Shown here piece by piece: positions 35,118-42,742 of a stretch of 64,000 bases of DNA. How positions within the stretch are numbered: the stretch's first letter is position 1; every line of letters starts with the position of its first letter. Under the pieces are notes generated by a model, which saw only the letters and a program-made list of their open reading frames with translations, made no database searches and was not told where the DNA came from. Source of the DNA: a virus. The stretch lies in the IMG/VR virus record IMGVR_UViG_3300027573_000023, positions 1 to 64,000 of that record; one strand, 5' to 3'. Both the position numbers and the translations under genes were made by a program.

Positions 35118-37183
35118 TGGATTCAAATACAAATGCAAATAACGCTGCTGGCATTTATGCCAGTGGCTTTGCATTTGGTAGAAATCCCACTCTTGCAGTT
35201 TGTTGTACGTACCATATATTTAGAGCATTAGATTATACTTCAACAACTAGTACTACAAAAAAACCTACTACTTCAACAACTAGTACTAGCTCTAGTACCA
35301 GTACCAGTACCAGTACTACATTAGTACCAACTACTACTACAACAACCACTATATTAATAACCACTTCTACAACTACTACAGTACCAACAACTAGTACTAC
35401 CACTACACCTATACCAACAACAACTACAACAACTACTATAGCACCAACTACTACAACCACATCATCATCAACATCTACTACAACTAGTTCATCTACAACT
35501 ACAACAACTACTACTATAGCACCTACAACAACTACAACCACAACTGTACCACCTACTACTACTAGTACTACAACTCCTATACCTACCACCACTACTACTA
35601 CCACTGTTGCTCCTACTACTACAACAACAACTATAGCTCCAACAACAACTACAACAACCACACCTGTACCTACAACAACTACAACTACAACTCCAGAACC
35701 TACAACAACTACTACTACTACTCCTGCGCCTACTACTACAACAACTACAACTGGTTTTCCATTTAATCTTTCTGTAGGTAATGCTTCACCAACTACTACA
35801 TGTACTTTTACTACGTATCCAAATCTAAGATATTCACGTACTGCACTTCCATTGATAAGTGGACAAATAATATATACAAACCCTGCATGTACTACTGTTA
35901 TGAATGGTGCCGCTAACTATTATAAAGAACAAATATCTCAAATTGCTTGGAGAGTAGGTAGTGGTGGAGCTCTTTCCCTTCCTAATGATTGTAATACAAC
36001 AACAACTACAACTACAGCACCACCTACCACAACAACTACAACTACAGCACCTGTTTCAACTACTACAACTACTACAACACTAATTCTATTTACTTTCTTA
36101 CCAGAAGATCCTAATCTTACTTATTTGGCAAGCAGAATTTATGATCCAATTGCAGACGTAACTTATATTTATGGAAACTTTACAGGATATAAAGATGCTG
36201 GAGTAGATAATTTTGATACAGTTCGTTTAATAAAACTAGATACTGATTTACATGTACCTGGTGGTTTTGATACTGGTACTGGATTTAATAGTGATACTGA
36301 CTTATTTTCTCAAATATTAATTCATCCTGCTGATGGTAAACTAATTGTAACAGGAGCCTTTAGTAGTTATAATGGTAGTGGTATATCAGGAATTGCTAAA
36401 ATAGATGTAGATGGAACAGTTGATGGTCCTTTTAATGCTGGAGGAACAGGATTTGGTGGTTTTCCTGGAAAAATGGATATTGGTTATGATGGTACAATTC
36501 TTGTTCCAGGAAGTTTTGGCTCTTATAATGGTAATGCTTATCAAAACCTAATAGCAATAGACCCTTCTAGTGGATTACCTACTAGTGCTGTTTTTGGAGT
36601 ACTTGATGGTGTTACATTTAGTATAAGTGCTTCTAGAACTTTTGGAGATACTTATATGATTGTTACAGGATCTTTTGATAGTTATTATAGTAATTTTGGT
36701 TATGGTGGAATAAATAAAATAGATTATATTACTGGATTTTCAGATAGCTCTTTTAACTCTGGTGGAGATGGTTTTGCTCCTCTTGCTGCTGGTACTCCAA
36801 ATTTTGTAGTAAGACTTAATGAAGACACTGATGGATCAATATATGTAGCAGGAAGTTTCACTACATACAATGGTGTTTCTGAACCTCGTATTATAAAATT
36901 AGATTCATTAGGGGCTAAAGTGGCTGCTGCTGTTTTTGATGCAGGAGGTGGGTTTAATCAAGCAGTGACTAATATTGAAGTTATCTGGGATAATAGACTC
37001 TTTATAGAGGGGCAATTTTCCAATTATAATGGTACAGCATGCTATGGTTTGGTTATATTAAATTCTGATGGTACAATACTATATGCAGCACCTGTACCTT
37101 ATTATACTCCTTTTACAGTAGGAGACAATGTTTATGGTAGAACAGATGATGAAGGTTTACACATTATATTTACAAAACCATAA
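35117..37183 (+). CDS. Mucin-like protein: long Thr/Pro tracts plus C-terminal beta-propeller-like (delta-60/DUF5122-like) repeats
   Basis: ~170 aa Thr tract and a second ~28 aa tract. C-terminal repeats DGKLIVTGAFSSYNG, DGTILVPGSFGSYNG, DGSIYVAGSFTTYNG, LFIEGQFSNYNG. Confidence 0.85.
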   Translation: MDSNTNANNAAGIYASGFAFGRNPTLAVCCTYHIFRALDYTSTTSTTKKPTTSTTSTSSSTSTSTSTTLVPTTTTTTTILITTSTTTTVPTTSTTTTPIPTTTTTTTIAPTTTTTSSSTSTTTSSSTTTTTTTIAPTTTTTTTVPPTTTSTTTPIPTTTTTTTVAPTTTTTTIAPTTTTTTTPVPTTTTTTTPEPTTTTTTTPAPTTTTTTTGFPFNLSVGNASPTTTCTFTTYPNLRYSRTALPLISGQIIYTNPACTTVMNGAANYYKEQISQIAWRVGSGGALSLPNDCNTTTTTTTAPPTTTTTTTAPVSTTTTTTTLILFTFLPEDPNLTYLASRIYDPIADVTYIYGNFTGYKDAGVDNFDTVRLIKLDTDLHVPGGFDTGTGFNSDTDLFSQILIHPADGKLIVTGAFSSYNGSGISGIAKIDVDGTVDGPFNAGGTGFGGFPGKMDIGYDGTILVPGSFGSYNGNAYQNLIAIDPSSGLPTSAVFGVLDGVTFSISASRTFGDTYMIVTGSFDSYYSNFGYGGINKIDYITGFSDSSFNSGGDGFAPLAAGTPNFVVRLNEDTDGSIYVAGSFTTYNGVSEPRIIKLDSLGAKVAAAVFDAGGGFNQAVTNIEVIWDNRLFIEGQFSNYNGTACYGLVILNSDGTILYAAPVPYYTPFTVGDNVYGRTDDEGLHIIFTKP
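35236..35752 (+). repeat. Low-complexity ACN repeat encoding P-T(6-9)-x units
   Basis: Mixed ACT/ACA/ACC codons punctuated by CCA/CCT. A second tract lies at ~35996-36080. Confidence 0.9.
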
Positions 37184-37467
37184 TGGAAACAGTTAAGAAA
37201 TTTTTTCCTGCAGTGCTACCAGAGAATGAAGCTGTTTACTTTGCTTCACTAAAGGGAGTGATTGAATCTGTTGATGAACTAAGCGCACTGGAAGTAGTGA
37301 AGACACCTAAAGCTTTTAACTTTAGACTCATACCAAGCTTACCTAAATATACTAACATGCTTATAGAAGAACTCATTAAGTTTCATAATATAATTGGTGT
37401 TAGATTAGATATGAGTAAGAGTATTAAAACTTCTGGCACTATTACTTTCGTAATTACTTTTAATTAA
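37183..37467 (+). CDS. Hypothetical protein (94 aa)
   Basis: Coupled TAATG start; fits the operon. Confidence 0.7.
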   Translation: METVKKFFPAVLPENEAVYFASLKGVIESVDELSALEVVKTPKAFNFRLIPSLPKYTNMLIEELIKFHNIIGVRLDMSKSIKTSGTITFVITFN

Positions 37468-37468
37468 T

Positions 37469-37476
37469 TAACTTTG
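37469..37476 (+). promoter_or_regulatory. Bacteroidota sigma-A -7 element (TAACTTTG)
   Basis: Intergenic TAnnTTTG upstream of 37506, with the same AATTA(T/A)CTTTGT context as the site at 33274. Confidence 0.5.
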
Positions 37477-37505
37477 TTAATTAAAAACCTTTAAAACCAA
37501 CAACT

Positions 37506-37823
37506 ATGGCAACGTATGATCCAAACAAGACGTACACATGGAGTCCTGAAACAAAGTTTCTGATCTCTGGGCAAGACTTTAGTCTTATGTTACACGCTGT
37601 TAGAGGGATTCTCTCTACAAAAGAAGCGACCAACACAATTTTGTGTTATGAATTGAATAAAAAAATTGAGGCAATGCTAAGCGATGCTGTGACTGAAGGA
37701 AAGGTAATAGAAACCCCTCCTATGGAAGCAATGCAAGGTGGTGTTGAACCACAAGAGGTAACAGAAGCAACAGATTTAAAGTTACCAAAAGAAAAATTTA
37801 GAAAACCCACTGTGGTAAAGTAA
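37506..37823 (+). CDS. Hypothetical protein (105 aa)
   Basis: ORF with A-rich leader, collinear with the operon. Confidence 0.7.
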   Translation: MATYDPNKTYTWSPETKFLISGQDFSLMLHAVRGILSTKEATNTILCYELNKKIEAMLSDAVTEGKVIETPPMEAMQGGVEPQEVTEATDLKLPKEKFRKPTVVK

Positions 37824-37824
37824 A

Positions 37825-37998
37825 ATGAAACAAGTCCCCAAGGCTAAGGGAGGGTGGATAGCCAAAGCTGCAGCCTCTATTAAACGTAGAGGCACTAAAG
37901 GAAAGTGTACTCCTATAACCAAACCAGGTTGTACAGGACGTGCTAAATCACTCGCCCTTACTTTTAAGAAAATAGCCAGAAAGAGAAAAAAGAAATGA
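37825..37998 (+). CDS. Small basic protein, 57 aa (not in ORF track)
   Basis: MKQVPKAKGGWIAKAAASIKRRGTKGKCTPITKPGCTGRAKSLALTFKKIARKRKKK; ATGA overlap with the next gene. Confidence 0.8.
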   Translation: MKQVPKAKGGWIAKAAASIKRRGTKGKCTPITKPGCTGRAKSLALTFKKIARKRKKK

Positions 37999-38492
37999 CA
38001 AAGAGTACCAACCCTAGAAATGCAGTTAGAAGAGCTAAACTTAGAGGAGTTACAGTATCTGAACTTATTCTTATCGAGCAAGAAGAACAGATAAAAATAG
38101 ATCAAGGATTTAAATGGTGTAATTCTTGTAAAGCCTGGCTTTTAAATTCAGAGTTTGGAAAAGCTCATTCATATTGTAAGCAATGTTGTAGAGATAGAAG
38201 TAATGCAAAATATGATCTCTCTAAACAAAGAGAAAGAATTTTACAAAAGAACTTTGGTATTACAAGTTTAGAATACAATCTAATGTTGGCTGATCAGAAT
38301 CACAGTTGTTATATCTGTCACATACATGAAGATAAATTAGATAGATCTCTTGCTGTAGATCATGATCACAGCACAGGAAAAGTTAGAGGACTTCTTTGTG
38401 GAACTTGTAACAGATTTCTTGGTCAGATTAATGATGATGTACATACAGCTGAGAGGCTTGTAGAGTACTTAAAACAACATCAAAACCTTTAA
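37995..38492 (+). CDS. Endonuclease VII-family (His-Me finger) endonuclease, probably free-standing homing type
   Basis: Q..SCYIC...LAVDHDHSTGKVRGLLCGTCNRFLG core plus N-terminal CxxC...CxxC zinc finger. Confidence 0.9.
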   Translation: MTKSTNPRNAVRRAKLRGVTVSELILIEQEEQIKIDQGFKWCNSCKAWLLNSEFGKAHSYCKQCCRDRSNAKYDLSKQRERILQKNFGITSLEYNLMLADQNHSCYICHIHEDKLDRSLAVDHDHSTGKVRGLLCGTCNRFLGQINDDVHTAERLVEYLKQHQNL

Positions 38493-38519
38493 AAAAATTG
38501 CTAAAAAAAGAAAAGGAAA

Positions 38520-38765
38520 ATGAAAAAAGTTGTTAAGAAAGCACAGAATGGTGCTAAGGCTACTAAAGATAGTACAGACTATTTTAATAAAGAAGCAAAG
38601 AAGAATTTTCAAAAAGCTTCTGATAGATATGGTTCACCAAGTCTTTCTAAGGAAGCCAGTAAATATAGTGACAAAGCTATATCAGCACAAAAATCTTCTT
38701 TAAGACAATCTAATAAAGGTAAACCAGGCTATGATAAGAATGGTTATCCTATTAAAAAGAAATAA
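38520..38765 (+). CDS. Small Lys-rich protein (81 aa)
   Basis: MKKVVKKAQNG N-terminus shared with neighbours. Confidence 0.75.
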   Translation: MKKVVKKAQNGAKATKDSTDYFNKEAKKNFQKASDRYGSPSLSKEASKYSDKAISAQKSSLRQSNKGKPGYDKNGYPIKKK

Positions 38766-38801
38766 AACTTTTAAAAAAATTGCACGTAACAGAAAGAAAA
38801 A

Positions 38802-38924
38802 ATGAAAGAGAAACCTAAATCAAAGAAAAAGAATACAGCTCCTGCGAGAGATGTGATTCCTGGGTATAGATTACCCACAATGAATGCTAAAAATGGTAGG
38901 AGATTAACCACTAAAAATAAGTAA
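38802..38924 (+). CDS. Small Lys-rich protein, 40 aa (not in ORF track)
   Basis: MKEKPKSKKKNTAPARDVIPGYRLPTMNAKNGRRLTTKNK; contains the AKNG motif. Confidence 0.65.
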   Translation: MKEKPKSKKKNTAPARDVIPGYRLPTMNAKNGRRLTTKNK

Positions 38925-38926
38925 TC

Positions 38927-39256
38927 ATGAAGAAGATTAAGAAAGCTCAAGCTGGAACTAAAGAAACAGCAGCAGAACATGATGCTAAGGCAGCTGCATT
39001 CTGGAAAGGAGTTGGTAAAAAAGTGGGTGATACTAAATTAAAAGATGTTCCAGGAAAAACTGTGAAAGTTGTTAAAAATGTAGGTAGTAAATTAATAAAT
39101 TCAGGTAAATTGGGAGAAGCAGCTGAAACTACAGCCAATCTTGTTACTGCAGGATACTATGGAAAAGCAAAAAGAGCTATGGGAATTAAAAAGAGTGGAG
39201 GTAAAATGTCCTATAAAGCTGGTGGTAAAATGAAAAAATGTAAAGGAGGTTGTTGA
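38927..39256 (+). CDS. Small Lys-rich protein (109 aa)
   Basis: MKKIKKAQAG...KKSGGKMSYKAGGKMKKCKGGC. Confidence 0.75.
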   Translation: MKKIKKAQAGTKETAAEHDAKAAAFWKGVGKKVGDTKLKDVPGKTVKVVKNVGSKLINSGKLGEAAETTANLVTAGYYGKAKRAMGIKKSGGKMSYKAGGKMKKCKGGC

Positions 39257-39260
39257 TATC

Positions 39261-39350
39261 ATGAAAGAGCTACTCACATTGCTATTCTTTCTTGTTGTAG
39301 CAGGTGCAGCATTGTATTTTTTTAACCATAAAAACGATGATGAGAAATGA
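39261..39350 (+). CDS. 29-aa membrane micro-protein (not in ORF track)
   Basis: MKELLTLLFFLVVAGAALYFFNHKNDDEK; ATGA coupled to the next gene. Confidence 0.6.
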   Translation: MKELLTLLFFLVVAGAALYFFNHKNDDEK

Positions 39351-39685
39351 AAAAGATTAAGAAAGCCAAAAATGGTGATAAAGTTGTAAGAAAAACAGTT
39401 GTTGATAAAACTGCTGCAAGAAAACCTAATGCCCCTCTAGTCTTGAAGAGAGAGAATGAAGCAGATCTTACAGTACAAAGAAATGCAGCCAGAACTCATG
39501 ACTATCACAGACAGTTAGATGTTGCTGCAGCAATGAAGTATCCTAAAGATGCAGACATGATGATGAAAGCTGCCAGAACTGATGATAGTTTAGCTACTGA
39601 TGCTAAAAGAAAAGCTAGAGCACTTAAAGTTAAACCTAGATTTCCACAAAAAAAATCAGGTGGTAAAGTTAATAAAAAGAAATAA
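39347..39685 (+). CDS. Small Lys-rich protein (112 aa)
   Basis: MKKIKKAKNG...KKSGGKVNKKK. Confidence 0.75.
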   Translation: MKKIKKAKNGDKVVRKTVVDKTAARKPNAPLVLKRENEADLTVQRNAARTHDYHRQLDVAAAMKYPKDADMMMKAARTDDSLATDAKRKARALKVKPRFPQKKSGGKVNKKK

Positions 39686-39822
39686 TGCAATCAGGTAAAC
39701 CTAAAAAAGCTCCTAAAGTTTCCAAGTATGACTTGGATAAGAACTATATGAAGGAGCATGATAAAAATGTAAAGAAAAAAAATCCTATGTCTCCTATGAG
39801 TAAGAAGAGACTATCAAAATAA
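39685..39822 (+). CDS. Small basic protein, 45 aa (not in ORF track)
   Basis: MQSGKPKKAPKVSKYDLDKNYMKEHDKNVKKKNPMSPMSKKRLSK; TAATG coupling; last gene before the terminator. Confidence 0.7.
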   Translation: MQSGKPKKAPKVSKYDLDKNYMKEHDKNVKKKNPMSPMSKKRLSK

Positions 39823-39864
39823 ATTCTGTGTTTCGTGTTTTTCATGCTTTGAGTGTTTAAGAAG

Positions 39865-39893
39865 AAAAAGCCAGCTTAATTGCTGGCTTTTTT
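39865..39893. terminator. Bidirectional intrinsic terminator at the convergence of the late and replication modules
   Basis: AAAAAGCCAGC-TTAATT-GCTGGCTTTTTT inverted repeat with A/T tracts on both sides. Confidence 0.85.
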
Positions 39894-39895
39894 GA

Positions 39896-40591
39896 TTATA
39901 GTTCATCTTTTACTTGCTTATAATAATCAGTTACAAAATGTGGATGTAATACTATGTCTCCTTTAGTATCATCAAGTATCTTATCTGCTGTCTCTAAAAT
40001 TTTTTCATTTGTTTGTGTACCAAGCCCTGAGACATGGAATGTACCCATTCCCCATCTATATATCATGGTATAATGTATAGGTGTTGTATATATCTTGGAG
40101 TTATGACCAAAAGTAATATCACTATCCTCTCCTGAGGACGTGTTAGGAAAAGTAATTCTATCCAAGTATTGTTTTGTATAAACATTCCCATTGTTAACAC
40201 TGCCTGCTATACCATCATATTTATTGTTAGTAAACATATACATACCCTGACTCCTGTAAATATCAAACCCTGGATGATTCAGTATATCCCCTTTGGTCTG
40301 TCTGAGGGCATAAGGCATCAGTAAATCATCATCATCTAACCTATAGATATAATCATTTTTACATTGCTTATATCCCCACTCAAGCTTGGCTGATATAGAA
40401 GGAAACCTGGTCTTGTGATTTATAATGACTACCTGTGGGTGATCATAGATATAATCCACCTCAGGATTATCATTGATAACAACCATTTCACAATCTGTAA
40501 GATCGTCCTGAGATAGGAAGGATTGTATTGCTTCTTCAAGGAGGTGATGTCTTTTGTAAGTTAATGTTAATACACTAATCATAATTTCCAT
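39896..40591 (-). CDS. Glycosyltransferase family 2 (start may be 40582)
   Basis: ISVLTLTYKR..LLEEAIQSFLSQ, EMVVIND, YIYRLDDDDL, GEDSD motifs. Confidence 0.9.
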   Translation of the reverse strand: MEIMISVLTLTYKRHHLLEEAIQSFLSQDDLTDCEMVVINDNPEVDYIYDHPQVVIINHKTRFPSISAKLEWGYKQCKNDYIYRLDDDDLLMPYALRQTKGDILNHPGFDIYRSQGMYMFTNNKYDGIAGSVNNGNVYTKQYLDRITFPNTSSGEDSDITFGHNSKIYTTPIHYTMIYRWGMGTFHVSGLGTQTNEKILETADKILDDTKGDIVLHPHFVTDYYKQVKDEL

Positions 40592-41222
40592 TTTTTAGTT
40601 TCTTATTCCAAGTAGATCCAGGTTCCCAAGATGCTAAGGTATCATGTTTAAAACAATCGTTTTCCATATCTTTCCAATTAACTACTTGTAAATTAATATC
40701 ATTTAATTCTTCTCTAAGTGCATCAACTGTTGATGTATTAGGATGAAGTCCAAGATATTTACAGATCACTTCACTCCACCAATTTGGACCAATCCATTGA
40801 CCCTCATGAATTATATTATCAATCATATTTCCTAAAAGGAAATGGTCTTTCTTAAAACCAAATATACCATTTGATAGTGCAGTCATTTTATAAGCATCAC
40901 TATAAATAATGAAACCATCATGGTGTTCGTGTGCTATAACATCTGAATGAAATCCATTTATCATTTTAAAGTCAGCATCTAAATAGATTCCTCCAAATTT
41001 ATAAACTACATACATTCGTAACAAATCTGCCTTGATTGCTGGCTCTTTATAACTATCATATATTCTTTTAAGATTTTCTGGTAGCTCAGGTAGGTTATCA
41101 TCAGTCCATAGATAGTAATTGAAATCTTTATGATGTTCCTTTATCTCATCCATATAATTTTTTATATGCTTTGGTATTCTAGTATCACTTACCCAAATCT
41201 GATGTATGTTTTTTTCTATCAT
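40575..41222 (-). CDS. Glycosyltransferase family 32 (DXD sugar-binding, OCH1-like)
   Basis: IEKNIHQIW, YYLWTDDN, ADLLRMYVVYKFGGIYLDADF, GP motif. Confidence 0.9.
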   Translation of the reverse strand: MIEKNIHQIWVSDTRIPKHIKNYMDEIKEHHKDFNYYLWTDDNLPELPENLKRIYDSYKEPAIKADLLRMYVVYKFGGIYLDADFKMINGFHSDVIAHEHHDGFIIYSDAYKMTALSNGIFGFKKDHFLLGNMIDNIIHEGQWIGPNWWSEVICKYLGLHPNTSTVDALREELNDINLQVVNWKDMENDCFKHDTLASWEPGSTWNKKLKNGNYD

Positions 41223-41844
41223 TTACTTTATATATAAAATGTAGATTAGTTTTAATTACATCCTCAGTATACTCAGATATAACTTCGTTATCTATATACT
41301 TATCAATTACATTTCGTATGTTACCATAGTTATAATCATCAAAAACAACAACTCCATCTTTTGTAAGTAGTTCTTGTGTAAAAGTAAAATCATTTTCAAC
41401 AGTTGTAGTATCATGACCTCCATCAATATGAATCAAATCAAATGTATGTAATTCATTAGAAGCTACGTACTGTCTTAATGTTAGATTACTATCACCATAT
41501 ATCTCTGTTATCTTTGTATTTGGATATGCATTTTTAATATACTCTATACATGGTTTAGTATATGCATGACCATTCAAATCAAAAATCAAATACTCTGCTT
41601 CAGGATTAGTGCTGACCATAAGTAATAAACTATGGCCAGCATTAACTCCTATTTCACATATTTTTGATTTGTTTTCAGACAGTTTTAGTAGATTGTATAT
41701 CTTACTTTCGTTTATAACATCTGTAAAGTTATCAGATGATACATCGCATATCAAATTACCTTCTACTCTTTCTCCAATTCTATCTAATATGTCAGCTATA
41801 TTAGATATGTGGACTTTAACTTCTTGTTTTATTAAATCAATCAT
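41185..41844 (-). CDS. Class I SAM-dependent methyltransferase (Methyltransf_24-like; candidate sugar O-methyltransferase)
   Basis: ICEIGVNAGHS, GDS, FDLIHIDGGH, VVFDDY. Confidence 0.85.
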   Translation of the reverse strand: MIDLIKQEVKVHISNIADILDRIGERVEGNLICDVSSDNFTDVINESKIYNLLKLSENKSKICEIGVNAGHSLLLMVSTNPEAEYLIFDLNGHAYTKPCIEYIKNAYPNTKITEIYGDSNLTLRQYVASNELHTFDLIHIDGGHDTTTVENDFTFTQELLTKDGVVVFDDYNYGNIRNVIDKYIDNEVISEYTEDVIKTNLHFIYKVNDRKKHTSDLGK

Positions 41845-41845
41845 A

Positions 41846-42136
41846 TTACCATATGTGTGCTATGTCATCAATACTTATTAGAATGACATCTTTATCCTCT
41901 GATAAAGGAATCTTCATTACTCTGCTAACTGAACCAGGGTCAATCATAACCTCATCTCCCTCGCTCAGTTCATCAGTTACACCACTACCTACAGCATAGA
42001 CTACTAGTCTGCCATATTTTCTCATCCTTTCTTTCTCTTTGAAAGCTTTAGTCTCTTCATCCAGGATGATAGAACTGTTTTCTTCCTCAGGGAGCTCGAG
42101 ATATACTCTACGCCCCAGCAGTTTCTTGAACTCCAT
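41846..42136 (-). CDS. GroES/Cpn10-like co-chaperonin
   Basis: KLLGRRVYL...SSIIL...VVYAVGSGV...LSEGDEVMI...LISIDDIA pattern; 96 aa. Confidence 0.7.
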   Translation of the reverse strand: MEFKKLLGRRVYLELPEEENSSIILDEETKAFKEKERMRKYGRLVVYAVGSGVTDELSEGDEVMIDPGSVSRVMKIPLSEDKDVILISIDDIAHIW

Positions 42137-42488
42137 CTTTTACAGGTATTGAATTATGTGCTACTAATGGTTCATCTACTGAAGCGCATCTATAGAAACG
42201 CTCTCCATCTTCCTTAGACAGGTAGATTTCTGATTGATACGTATCTCTCTTACGTGTTACTCCAGATACCTTATTGTTTCTGGGGTTAATGTTAGGAGTT
42301 TCCTGTGTTCTCTCGTGTATGTCATTCAACAACACTAATACTGAGCCATCAGCCATCTCAACGCTTCTGATTACAGCATTTAAATTGAAACTATCTCTCT
42401 TGTATGAGTAGATAGGTTCTTCATTTGGTCGAGAGGGAGCCCCATTGGCTACAACCTCACGTCTCGTGTAGAAAAATTGTGTTCTCAT
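42108..42488 (-). CDS. Hypothetical protein (126 aa)
   Basis: ORF collinear with the operon. Confidence 0.7.
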   Translation of the reverse strand: MRTQFFYTRREVVANGAPSRPNEEPIYSYKRDSFNLNAVIRSVEMADGSVLVLLNDIHERTQETPNINPRNNKVSGVTRKRDTYQSEIYLSKEDGERFYRCASVDEPLVAHNSIPVKDGVQETAGA

Positions 42489-42499
42489 TGGTTTTTGTT

Positions 42500-42724
42500 T
42501 TAAGCTTTTATAAAATCTAAGTAATATTCTTGTCCAACTTCAAAATGGTCTTCTCTGATAGTTGACATTTCAATAACTCCTCCTGGAGTTGCAGCAAAGA
42601 ATTCTTTATTTTCTTCACTACCATTTGTTACAACATTGAATTTTGCTGAATATAGTATAGGATGTCCTCCCCAACCAACTCTTTTAGCTACTTCTATACA
42701 TTGGAATTTTGCTCTTGTACTCAT
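42500..42724 (-). CDS. Hypothetical phage protein (74 aa)
   Basis: RAKFQC...EENKEFFAATPGG.IEM...FEVGQEYYLDF, a small phage protein pattern. Confidence 0.75.
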   Translation of the reverse strand: MSTRAKFQCIEVAKRVGWGGHPILYSAKFNVVTNGSEENKEFFAATPGGVIEMSTIREDHFEVGQEYYLDFIKA

Positions 42725-42742
42725 TTTTAAATAATTTAATTG

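Noticed and set aside
35233-35661. Poly-Val ORF on the - strand
   Set aside because: It is simply the reverse complement of the Thr (ACN) tract.
35236-35752. Possible CRISPR array or VNTR
   Set aside because: No constant repeat with unique spacers; it is in-frame low-complexity coding sequence.
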